Shown: piece by piece, positions 1-10,741 of the stretch
How the letters are laid out: every line of letters starts with the position of its first letter
How positions within the stretch are numbered: the stretch's first letter is position 1
Made by a program: the position numbers and the translations under genes
NCBI RefSeq assembly: GCF_001194135.2
Contig: NC_068982.1
Span: 77,271,589 to 77,323,750, forward strand
Length of the DNA: 52,162 bases
Source: Octopus bimaculoides
Lineage: Eukaryota
Direction of reading: 5' to 3'
The notes under the pieces: model-generated
Databases searched by the model: none
What the model was told of the DNA's origin: nothing
The model's input: only the letters and a program-made list of their open reading frames with translations

Positions 1-61
<61 letters not shown>
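1..61. repeat. (GT)n microsatellite
   Basis: Pure GT dinucleotide run from the window start. Confidence 0.98.
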
Positions 62-62
<1 letters not shown>

Positions 63-559
63 TCCTATATTTCATTATTTGAATTCTTCAAATAAAGAAA
101 AAGCTGATTTCTAACAAGAAATAGTATACTCCACCACTGGAATTTTACTAACAAAAACGATAATTGTTACACATTTTCGAAAAGTCTTGCATATTTTTAC
201 TGTTCTACTTATTATTTGTCAGGTATATATTATCTGGTCTCTTTTTTTCTTTTGCCTGAAAACCCTACCTTTTTACTTACTACAAAACAATAATAATCAA
301 TGTAAATGTGAATTTATAATCTGGGTGAAGAAGATACATGCTTTGAAGCAGTTGTCTGTTGTAAATATTTCCTTTCTTACAGCTTGCGGAAGAAATATTC
401 GTATCTGCAGGGCAGCTGGCTTCCATAACTGTACATGATTTTCGTTTTCTTTCTTGAACAACTATATCTAACTAGTTATATCTGCCCTTGACAAAAAGTT
501 TTCATGGGAACCTTCCTGCAATATTCCTTGTGTTGATATATATGCATTCAATGACAAGG

Positions 560-1095
560 GGCATGCTGTAACTGGGAGTTGTGGTAGCAGATGACCTCCC
601 AATCAGTGGAACTTGTTCTTTCCACAAAATCGAAAGAGTATAAACTCCCATCTGGTTAGATATTTCCTGGGACAAGACATGATGGTCAAACGGTTATATA
701 TCACCGGAGCGATTATGCATTGGCCACATCCGACTGACCTTTCGGAGATAACTTCTCAGTCCATTTCTGAACGAGCCTGGCTCCCTACGCGCAATCTCTT
801 CTCAGTTTCTCTACACCTGGTGATCAGATCGAAACAAAACATCTCTCATCTTAATTGGGTCCTCGATTTCGTGACAGAAGTCGCCATCCCGAATAGATTT
901 GCCGTTATTGGTGCTGGGTTGCAAGCCCAATATTTCCCCATATTGTTATACTCTGATGGATCCGGATATAGTCAAATCCCTCGAACTCGTATATTATTGG
1001 GCCTATTTTATTTTATAGACACCCCTCTCCTAATCGAATTCCTCCAAACATGTCAGTGTACCTTCAGATGCTTAAGAGCATTTAATGGTTATGTC
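560..1095 (-). mobile_element. Degenerate Tx1/L1-clade LINE ORF2 fragment (RT end and post-RT region)
   Basis: Minus-strand translation across frameshifts and stops gives DPIKMRDVLFRSDHQV*RN*EEIA, RLVQKWTEKLSPKGQSDVAN, IIAPVIYNRLTIMSCP and LWKEQVPLI, resembling Tx1-type motifs (W.ERKLS.KGR..V.N..I...IYYRL). Confidence 0.65.
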
Positions 1096-1584
1096 TAGCT
1101 TTTATTTCATGGTGTTAAGCGAAGGATGAGTAAATCTTACCCCAGATAAGACGCTTGTCTATTGCAGGTGGCATCCCCAAGTGATTTGGTACCAATTTCC
1201 CGACAGCCAAGTGAATTGAGGTAATGTAGAAAAAAGGGGTTTGACCCGAATCAAAATGAAATGCCTACAGGGAATTTTAACTTAGCATTTGTTTAAGGCA
1301 TCTCAAAACCTTGACTAGATTTTGGTCAAGAGGGGAGGCGGTACTCATGACCCTTTACAAAGCTCCCAAGTCTGGTGGATCAGACTAGAGTCCTGGTCTG
1401 AATGCATGCAAAAGAACAGACTCCATTACAGACATCCAAGTCACCAGATGTTTGTGTTAAACTTGGTGGCGGATTAAGTATATCACTCACATAGGATATG
1501 GCAGGATTTTAACTCAGAACACAAAGTGCCGGAACAAATATTACAAGGCATCAGGTTCGATTTCATTACAATTTATGCCACTCT

Positions 1585-1731
1585 ACCGACCTGGGTTGGT
1601 ACCTTTTTCTAGCAACCCAAAAAGGACGAAAGGCAATGCTGACCTCGGCTGGATTTGAACTCAGAGTGCAAAGTCAGAACAAATACATGGAGTTATTTTG
1701 TCCGCATATCTAATAACTCTGCCAATTCGCT
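1585..1731 (-). mobile_element. SINE family A (tRNA-derived), degenerate copy
   Basis: Reverse complement matches the recurring body CTGAGTTCAAAT..GCCGAGGTC..TTGCCTTTC seen in many copies in the window. Confidence 0.75.
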
Positions 1732-1754
1732 GGGAGATATATATATGTATGTGT

Positions 1755-1825
<71 letters not shown>
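1755..1825. repeat. (CA)n microsatellite running into assembly gap 1826-2723
   Basis: Pure CA run followed by N block. Confidence 0.97.
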
Positions 1826-2723
1826 NNNNNNNNNNNNNNNNNNNNNNNNNNNNNNNNNNNNNNNNNNNNNNNNNNNNNNNNNNNNNNNNNNNNNNNNNNN
1901 NNNNNNNNNNNNNNNNNNNNNNNNNNNNNNNNNNNNNNNNNNNNNNNNNNNNNNNNNNNNNNNNNNNNNNNNNNNNNNNNNNNNNNNNNNNNNNNNNNNN
2001 NNNNNNNNNNNNNNNNNNNNNNNNNNNNNNNNNNNNNNNNNNNNNNNNNNNNNNNNNNNNNNNNNNNNNNNNNNNNNNNNNNNNNNNNNNNNNNNNNNNN
2101 NNNNNNNNNNNNNNNNNNNNNNNNNNNNNNNNNNNNNNNNNNNNNNNNNNNNNNNNNNNNNNNNNNNNNNNNNNNNNNNNNNNNNNNNNNNNNNNNNNNN
2201 NNNNNNNNNNNNNNNNNNNNNNNNNNNNNNNNNNNNNNNNNNNNNNNNNNNNNNNNNNNNNNNNNNNNNNNNNNNNNNNNNNNNNNNNNNNNNNNNNNNN
2301 NNNNNNNNNNNNNNNNNNNNNNNNNNNNNNNNNNNNNNNNNNNNNNNNNNNNNNNNNNNNNNNNNNNNNNNNNNNNNNNNNNNNNNNNNNNNNNNNNNNN
2401 NNNNNNNNNNNNNNNNNNNNNNNNNNNNNNNNNNNNNNNNNNNNNNNNNNNNNNNNNNNNNNNNNNNNNNNNNNNNNNNNNNNNNNNNNNNNNNNNNNNN
2501 NNNNNNNNNNNNNNNNNNNNNNNNNNNNNNNNNNNNNNNNNNNNNNNNNNNNNNNNNNNNNNNNNNNNNNNNNNNNNNNNNNNNNNNNNNNNNNNNNNNN
2601 NNNNNNNNNNNNNNNNNNNNNNNNNNNNNNNNNNNNNNNNNNNNNNNNNNNNNNNNNNNNNNNNNNNNNNNNNNNNNNNNNNNNNNNNNNNNNNNNNNNN
2701 NNNNNNNNNNNNNNNNNNNNNNN

Positions 2724-2935
2724 GGGGTGGATGTTACTGTTGCTTTTAGCCCCAGGAGGACATCTCCTCCAGCTGGCTATCGACACACATCTGTGCCCTG
2801 TCTTACGTACGTATCGTAGATCAAGATGGGAAAGATAACTTCCCTTGGCAAATACAGACAGGGCACAGATGTGTGTCGATAGCCAGCGGGAGGAGATGTC
2901 CTCCTGGGGCTAAAAGCAACAGTAACATCCACCCC
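2724..2935. repeat. Long inverted repeat / foldback (80-bp arms, 52-nt spacer)
   Basis: 2724-2803 is the reverse complement of 2856-2935 with one mismatch; a diverged single-arm relative lies at about 34725-34791. Confidence 0.9.
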
Positions 2936-3639
2936 TCGGGGTCAGCCACATTTAAGTGGCAAATATACTTCACTTTATCGTGCAGTTACTGTTAATACCT
3001 CGTTCAGAGATTTAACATTGCTTATATATATACATATATATATGGCCTCTCCTGAACTCAAACTCCTTAGGTGAAACTGAAGTTATATTTAAAGAAGTCG
3101 ATGAGTATTTCGCTAGACAGGTAAAAAAGATAATAAAAACAGCAACAAATCCCCTTCATTTTCAGCCCTTTCAATCCTTGTCCAATCCCTACTGCGTCAT
3201 TTATTGCAGCTAGCAAATAAAGGTGAACGATTTACTCCACTGTCCTCCCTAATGGAAGACATGAAGACGGTGTCCAAAATAGCCTTAATTGACAGCTGAA
3301 TCCGTCATAACCACTATCACAGCCGCTTGACATCAATTCCAGAGGTGAACGTTAATAAATTAATAAGAATACATGCCATTTGTTTCATTAAAAAGATTTT
3401 ACCGCTTCTTTTAATAACATTTCTTAAAATTACCAACGGAAATTTGATATTCGTTGAAAAGGTTAACAAGAGCTTCACAACAAAAGATTAATATAATGTG
3501 GTGTATTTTACTATATAATTTGACAGGCTCTGACTATAAAATCAACAGGGAATAACTTCCTATTTAGCTGTTATTCATTGCTGAGGTGTAAGAGAGCGCA
3601 AAAACACTGAAAATAGTAGGGTATTCTTAGAATTGTTTA

Positions 3640-3726
3640 ATGTGCGTGGATGTGTGTCTATGTCTGTGTGTGCATGTCTGTGTTTGAGTGTTTAGTATTT
3701 GTGTGTGTATATATATGCGTGCGCGC

Positions 3727-3761
<35 letters not shown>

Positions 3762-4025
3762 TATGTGTGTGTGTGTGTGTGTGTGCATGTTTGTGACTGT
3801 GCGCATACGTGTGTTTGTGTATACGCGCGCGTGTATTTGTATGTTTGCATGTATGTGTTTGTAGTACTCATGTTTGTGTGTGGGTATATATATATGTGTG
3901 TGTGTACTTTCATGTATTTGAATGAGTGTCTGTATATTTGTGTGTGGATGTGTGGATGTAGTTGTGTGCGCGTATGTATGTTTGCGTGTATGACTCTGAG
4001 TGTATGTTTATGTGTGTATGTGTTA
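3640..4025. repeat. Compound (TG)n/(GA)n/(TA)n low-complexity tract
   Basis: Imperfect TG/TA repeats surrounding a pure (GA)n run. Confidence 0.9.
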
Positions 4026-4084
4026 TTTCTTTACTACCCACAAGGGGCTACACACAGAGGGGACAAACAATATATATAGATTAG

Positions 4085-4455
4085 TTTCAAGATTCATCCA
4101 AGGCTGGGACCACAGGCCACACGTCCCCTGCCCAATTCAGGATCACAACATATAGGTACACTGCGGCATAATTTCTTTTCCTCAACAGGCCCTGCCCTGT
4201 TTAACATTGTCCCGAAACAGATAAAAGAGGAAAAGGATCCTATCAGCTTTAACCGGAGTCTAGACAGATTTCTTCAAGGAATACCAGATAAGCCACCCAT
4301 ACCTGGATACAACTCACTCAATAAGAACTCACTACTTGAATGAACCATAAACAAAACTTGACTTAAAAAGGATTTAGATAATCCTATCAGGTGGTGCTAT
4401 TAAGTTAGACATGGCCTGGACCAATCTTTGGTCGAAACATATCTAAGTTTATCTA

Positions 4456-4460
<5 letters not shown>
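4085..4460 (+). mobile_element. 3' end of a CR1/L2 (Jockey-group) LINE with short tandem tail
   Basis: Frame from 4101 reads ...LRHNFFSSTGPALFNIVPKQIKEEKDPISFNRSLDRFLQGIPDKPPIPGY..., a typical ORF2 C-terminus. The 3'UTR ends in hairpin GACCAA-TCT-TTGGTC and (ATCTAAGTTT)x2. Confidence 0.75.

Positions 4461-4503
<43 letters not shown>
4461..4503. repeat. (TA)n microsatellite between two LINE 3' ends
   Basis: Pure TA run. Confidence 0.97.
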
Positions 4504-4506
<3 letters not shown>

Positions 4507-5246
4507 GGCTCCAGCTGGTATCCGAGCATTGGGTTCCTCAGTTTCCATCCTGTCTCCTCGGCTGATGTTTGTGCAGAAAGTGACTTTGGAGTCCAAGTCG
4601 GCGGAGAAAGAGTCGTGGGCAGAACTCGCACGGGATGGTCGGTGCAGGTCGAGGATATTGAAGACGCTTCTTCTCCTGCGCTTTGCCTCCTCATTCTGTT
4701 ATATGTTCTGTCCTATCCATGGCAATCTGTTCCCATGAGGATGGCTGAATGTTGGCTTAAGCCAAGGTCCATTTGAGGTGGTCTTTAAAACGGAATTTTG
4801 GACCTCCTCTGGGTCTTGTTCCGATTGCAAGTTCTCCGTAGAGCATGATCCTTGGGAGACGAGAGGGCTCTATGCCCAGCGGAGACGATGGTGAAGAATT
4901 GTGGCTTCAGCACTTGGTTGTGAGGCGAGGCGAAAAACCTCGTTGTTGGTAACGTAATCTTCTCATTGTGTGTTGAAGATCTGTCGTAGCTTCAATAGCT
5001 GGAAGCATTCAAGGCGCTTGAAGTCACGGCGGTACAACGTCCAAGTCACACAAGCGTAGAGTAGAGTTGACAGGAGCATGGCACGGAAGATCATGATCTT
5101 TGTCCGGATGGTCAGCACGTGATTGAAGAATACACGTTGGCTGAGTCAGCCAAAGGCGGAATGGGCCGCCCCAATCCGGTTCTCCACGTCCTTTTCGTGG
5201 GGGGGTCTTCGAAAGGATACTTCGAAGGTATGTGAAGTGTTTAACT
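4504..5246 (-). mobile_element. RTE-clade LINE, 5'-truncated 3' fragment
   Basis: Minus strand: VKHFTYLRSILS..DVENRIGAAHSAFG*LSQRVFFNHVLTIRTKIMIFRAMLLSTLLYACVTWTLYRRDFKRLE..DYVTNNEVF..HHRLRWA, with a terminal CEFCPRLF..GLQSH finger-like motif after a frameshift. Confidence 0.88.
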
Positions 5247-5836
5247 TCTTATATATATAATTCATGTAAAATACAGTGTACGTTTAATACACATTAGAGA
5301 TGCCCATAAAAGGACATCTGACCCGCTAGAAAGAGCAGCCAAAGCTCTACACCACAAAATTAGGGATAACTTCGAAAAGGAATGAAAAATAAAAATGTGT
5401 GTATATATATATATACACACACAAACGGATACATATACGTACACATAAGTAACTGTACAAGAATGCGTTGAATGACTCACGCACATAATCACACATAATA
5501 TTACAGAAGGAACTGATTTTAGTGACTCACAACAACACACGGACAGTTAAAAAGACAAAGAATATCTTGTACTAAACGTGATTTCGGAATTAAATTTTCA
5601 CCTCTTGATCGATAAAAGAAATCTTCCATGCCAAATACCCACATAGTTGCTTTACATTTCAAAGAACTCCCTGAGAAGTTATTGAGTTTTAATAACAAGG
5701 GTAATCTTAGCCAAGCGAAGGCTTTCAATATGTAAAACTATCTGTATATGTGTATTTACACAGATGCATACATACAATACAATACAATACATACATACAC
5801 GCACGCGCACATACAAGCATATATATACGTCTGCCT

Positions 5837-5837
<1 letters not shown>

Positions 5838-5907
<70 letters not shown>
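5838..5907. repeat. (TATC)n tetranucleotide microsatellite within a CA/TA-rich tract
   Basis: Pure TATC run. Confidence 0.97.
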
Positions 5908-6109
5908 CACACACATACATGCATATATACATATACATGTTTTCATACGTTCATACTTACGTGTATGCATACGCACACACACACACATAGAATTACGTGC
6001 TGGGTCTGGAGAAAGGTGCAATACCCATGACCCTCGCAGGCCTCCTTAAATTGGTGAGTTACTCTCGTGCCTTTATAAGTTAACAGCTGGGGGGGGGGGT
6101 GACATGATG

Positions 6110-6640
6110 AGAAAGGGAATTTCAGAGGAGGAAGGACTGGGTGTAGTGATTAGAGGGAGGATGGGTTGGGGTTAGACACAACAAGGGTGCTGAAAGGTAA
6201 GACGAGTTGGTCAGGAATATATTAGTGGTGGTGGCATGAGCCAACTGGCTCCGAGGGGGTAGAGAACGTAATAGTTGCAGTAGAAAAGGCAGAGAGAGGA
6301 GACAGAACACTTGTAGGCCAGAGGCTGGGGTATGCCAGTAAGTGACTTTATGTCAGTCAGGCAGATGAAACTTCTTTGGATGCAGTCATATGGATGTTTG
6401 TATGTGCAACAGTAGAACTGTCAAAGAACTGCCAAAGTTCTGAGAGCAATACTCCGTTCTGAGTATCAATAACGGTCTAGGGTTCAAATATCTTCTGACC
6501 CTGAAGAGATGGGCCTGTCACTGGAATGTGGCCCTAGCTATGATAAGAATGTGTTTTCACCAGGTAAAAACCTCAGTGATGGAGCGATGTTGAGGGCTCT
6601 GCTTCATGAAGGTTCATGCCTGTGGCTCATGTTTAAAAGA
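6110..6640 (-). mobile_element. Degenerate Jockey/CR1-group LINE ORF2 C-terminal fragment
   Basis: Minus strand: TEYCSQNFGSS, CIQRSFICLTDIKSLTGIPQPLAYKCSVSSLCLFY, NHYTQSFL, resembling LEYCS.IW..LDRIQRKAIRL..LQPLAHRR.VSSL.LFY..SFLP motifs. Confidence 0.65.
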
Positions 6641-6659
6641 TAAAACATATAAAGAGCTT

Positions 6660-6879
6660 TTATGTTTTATCTTGTTTCAGTCATTAGACTACGGTAATGC
6701 TGAGGCACCGCCTTCAAAAGTTCTAGTCGAATGAATCGACCCCAGTACTTTTTTTAAGGCTGGTACTTATTCTATCGGGCTCTTACTGAACCGCTAAGTT
6801 ACAGGGACGCAAACATACCAACACCTGTTGTCAAGCGGTAGTAAAGGACAAACACAGACACAAAGGCACACACACACAC

Positions 6880-6880
<1 letters not shown>
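6660..6880 (-). mobile_element. SINE family B, 3' half
   Basis: Matches the full-length copy at 27011-27398 (GCACCGCCTT, GAACCGCTAAGTTAC.GGGACG, TGTCAAGCG). Confidence 0.85.
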
Positions 6881-6925
<45 letters not shown>

Positions 6926-7190
6926 NNNNNNNNNNNNNNNNNNNNNNNNNNNNNNNNNNNNNNNNNNNNNNNNNNNNNNNNNNNNNNNNNNNNNNNNNNN
7001 NNNNNNNNNNNNNNNNNNNNNNNNNNNNNNNNNNNNNNNNNNNNNNNNNNNNNNNNNNNNNNNNNNNNNNNNNNNNNNNNNNNNNNNNNNNNNNNNNNNN
7101 NNNNNNNNNNNNNNNNNNNNNNNNNNNNNNNNNNNNNNNNNNNNNNNNNNNNNNNNNNNNNNNNNNNNNNNNNNNNNNNNNNNNNNNNNN

Positions 7191-7237
<47 letters not shown>

Positions 7238-7749
7238 AGCAAGCCGAAACTTTCAAGTCACTGACACACTTCTTGTAAGGATCTATAAATATGTACTCTA
7301 CTAAAAAGTATTGAGTAATCTTTCAGTTTAATATTTTCTATATATAGTTTGACAAAAACTAAATCTATATCACGTCCTCACGTTGTTGTTTTTAGTTGTT
7401 GTTTTTTGTCTTTTTCCTTTTTTTGAACCTATATATATATACATACAAATTTATATATATCGAAAGTGAGAGAGTGAGAGAGAAAGAGAGACGTACACAC
7501 ACATCTGTGTGTGTGTGTGTGTATGTGTGTGTGTGCCTGTGAGTGGTGGTGTGGTGTGTGTAGGCGGGTCGGCGAATGTGTAGTTTCGTTTCTATGGAGG
7601 CGTGAAAGCAAAATTTATGGGAAAACCCCGTTCAGATATGCATGTGTGCTGAATACATCCGTGTCCTTGTGTGCAATGTAAAGTAATGTAATACAATAAG
7701 TAAATGTACGTAAGCGTAAGACAAAACGAAAGAGAAATAGATTTTGTTC

Positions 7750-7778
7750 TGATGCAATATTTTAAATGTATTGCATCA
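7750..7778. promoter_or_regulatory. Inverted pair of C/EBP-ATF composite (CARE/AARE)-like sites
   Basis: TGATGCAATA (7750-7759) and TATTGCATCA (7769-7778), 9-nt spacer, in apparently unique sequence. Confidence 0.4.
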
Positions 7779-8433
7779 TGTGTGTTGCATTTTGTTGTGG
7801 GGAAATTATTGCTTCCTCGAAACAGAACAGCTGCTTCGACGACGACGTTCACCACGACGACCACGATGACGTTGATGATGACGACGACGACTAATAAAAA
7901 CTACTGCAGCAATAATGACAACAATAATAACAAAAACAACTAGAACAAAAACTGCAGTACGGTATTCTCAATATTTAAAACGAAGTTTATTGTCCCCACT
8001 CATTTGGATCTCATTTTAAGTCTTTATACAGATTAAAAAATTTAAATGACGATGGTGTAATATAAAATCTTCGGTATATGAACTATTGGCTTCTTTTTCG
8101 GTGCCTGGCATTTCTGACAACGGTGATTTTACACATACAGAAAATTAAAATGTACCAATAATAATTTGGTCGTTAGTCGCCATTGAACACTTTATCTTCC
8201 GGTAGTCGTTTAAATATAATTTATCCCATTGGAACAACTATTTTCTGCATTATAAACTTCCTTAGTTTAAGTGAAGTGAGTCTGTTATCAATAAACATAT
8301 ATATATTTAGATGTTATATGTTGTGGTATCATCTAATGAGACTCTCAGAAGGCTGTTATGTTATTGTGGTAGCAGGAGCCCGGTAAAGAATGTATAAAAC
8401 AAAAGGTAGTAACTTTAAACACGTTTATTGTGG

Positions 8434-8538
<105 letters not shown>

Positions 8539-9043
8539 TACAAGCTGCATGGAAGGTTGATGTACATTTATATATATCTACAGGCATCTGCGTGGGTTGT
8601 ATGTAAGCTGTTAACCCTGGTGAGAAGCTCACGAACAGCGATGTAAGAACCGGAGCAGTGTGTTGGTGCTGTGTAGACGTTGACGACGTTGGTGAGAGAT
8701 ATCTAGTGTGGCGACGAAGATGGAGGTCGCTGCAAGGTGGTCAGTGGTTAGACCTTAGAAAGTCTAGAAATCAAGACTGTCTCACATGACTTATTTGAAG
8801 GCTGCGATTGGTTGGGTTGCATATTGGCGCGTGATAGAGTGAGAGACAAATTGCGCCAATATCAACCAATTGGAGTGGTAGACATAACGGGGTCCAAAAC
8901 AGCCCCAAAGGTTAGCTGTTACCTGCTACATTCGTATGTACTTAATATAAGAGAGGAAGCTCACTAGAGTTCGCAACATATACTTTATATGAACTGGCTT
9001 AACAACAATTACAAATTAGCATTAAGATATTATTTTTCGATGT

Positions 9044-9099
<56 letters not shown>

Positions 9100-9106
9100 C
9101 AACAAC
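9044..9106. repeat. (AAT)n grading into (AAC)n
   Basis: Trinucleotide run directly preceding the hammerhead-bearing element. Confidence 0.95.
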
Positions 9107-9256
9107 ATCGAAAAATACTTTAGGAATGAAAACCCAGGTTCGAAATTTCCCCAAGGTACCTGATGAAGGCTGGAGGGTGTATCAGCCGAAACGTTGTGTT
9201 AACAATAAACAAGATGAGGACAAATATGTCAAATGTAAATAATGTAAATAATGTAT
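9105..9256 (+). mobile_element. Short Penelope-like/pseudo-LTR element carrying a hammerhead motif
   Basis: Follows (AAT)n, contains CCTGATGAAGGCTG..CAGCCGAAACGTT, then AATAAA, and ends in a short AATGTAAAT repeat. CTGATGA..CGAAAC is a hallmark of Penelope-like pLTRs. Confidence 0.65.
9155..9200 (+). ncRNA. Minimal type I hammerhead ribozyme motif
   Basis: Stem I' GGTAC (9155-59); core CTGATGA (9160-66); extra A; stem II GGCTG/CAGCC (9168-72/9183-87); GAAA (9188-91); stem III C-G with no loop; triplet GTT (9193-95); stem I'' GTGTT (9196-9200; two Watson-Crick and three GU pairs). Confidence 0.7.
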
Positions 9257-9324
9257 TTTGGGGATATCGTACAATTCAATTTTTGAATACTTTGATCAAG
9301 TCCTTTTATGCATAAATCTTTTAC

Positions 9325-9500
9325 CTTTTATTTGTTTCAGCCATTGTATTGCAGCTATGCAGGGGCATCGCCTTGTAAGATTTTAGTCGAACAGATCGAT
9401 CCCAGTACTTACTTTTTTTTTAAAGTCTGATACTTACTCTATCGGTTTGTTTTGCCGAATGGCTAAGTTACGAGGTCGTAAACAAATCAACACCTCTGGG
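9325..9500 (-). mobile_element. SINE family B, degenerate 3' half
   Basis: Similar to 6660-6880 (TAGTCGAAC..ATCGATCCCAGTAC, GCCGAA..GCTAAGTTACG). Confidence 0.75.
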
Positions 9501-10509
9501 AGGTGCTGCTGCTGCTATCCGTAGACATCTTGGACCACATCTGGAGAAGGGTCACTGGTAGGCATTCAACCATTAAATGGACAAGTCCAGTCTCTGGCCC
9601 ACACGTATATTGCCTCTCATTTCTGTCTTTTATTTATCGTGGCTATAATGGCTTCCGTTCCTAGCTGTTCGAACCAAGAAATCTGAGGTTGATCGGCCAC
9701 AGAATTAGCCACAGAATAGCTGATCTGTCCCAAAACATAACGAAACGTTAGTAGCGGATTTAAACTCATAACCCATGGGTTGTTTATTACAGCTCAGTCT
9801 TTACTTGTTCGGCCATTTTATGAAACAAATATCCCAGCAATGGAATCAAAGCATCGCCATCATCTTCTTACCACTATTTCTACCACCACCACCACCACCA
9901 CCACTACCGCCGCCTCCACCTCATCAATGCAAAGGGTTATGGAGCACCAGTGTTTCGACAAGTGTTTGTCAGGACCAATGAGTCTAACGAGGGTCACCCG
10001 TCTTGCTTATAATTTCAATGAACAAACTTTTCGCTGATCCGTGCTGATATTTCCCAACCGATCGTCATTTGCACGGTGAGCAGCGTGATTGAAAACGGCG
10101 ACTTGCACAAATAAGTTTTCTAATACTAAAGAGAAAAGAAACCTAATTTGTGTTGGTTCAAACATATTCGGAGAGAACATTTGGGTAAAACTACAAATGG
10201 CTATTGTATTGTGTCTCGTTTAGTTTAAGTAGCTGGTGAAGTGTGATTGGTTGGTCATTAGTGAGAAGTAGTTTGTTACATAGTAGATACTTATAAGTAG
10301 ATACTTATACACGCGCGCGCGCACACAACCACGTGATTTTGGATATGTATACACATATGTATGTCCGTATGTATATAAATGTATAAACGTAGATATGTAT
10401 GAGTGTACATATATATATGCACACATATATAAATGTATGTATATATGTGTATACATATATATATATACATACATATCTATTATATGTATGTCTCTCTCTC
10501 TCTCTCTCA

Positions 10510-10705
10510 GGTCCGTCGGTGTCTTTGAGCGGCACATCGAGCAGTCAGTGATCACCAGTTATCTCTGTCTCTGACCAACCCGTATGCTTCTTTCCAGGTG
10601 ATGTTCAGTCTGCGTAGGTCTTCGTTGAGGGTACTACGCCATGTCTTCCTTGGCTAGCCTCTTTTTTCTCTTACCTTCCAGTGACATCCAACCACTGTCT
10701 TCCGG

Positions 10706-10708
<3 letters not shown>
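10510..10708 (-). mobile_element. RTE-clade LINE 3'-terminal fragment
   Basis: Minus strand: LEGKRKK..RG*PRKTWRSTLNEDLRRLNITWKEAYGLVRDRDNW*SLTARCAAQRHRRT*, matching the GKRKRGRPKKTWR..TW.E..A.DR..W terminus. Confidence 0.8.

Positions 10709-10741
<33 letters not shown>

Noticed and set aside
613-1098. 161-aa + strand ORF
   Set aside because: Antisense to the Tx1-like remnant; no recognisable domain.
4411-4445. Hammerhead-like hairpin followed by GAAAC
   Set aside because: Only CTG precedes the stem (no CTGANGA) and no stem III/NUH or stem I can form; treated as a LINE 3' stem-loop.
9965-10150. Possible RTE endonuclease remnant (QISFLILKRK-like)
   Set aside because: Similarity is too weak to support without an HMM search.
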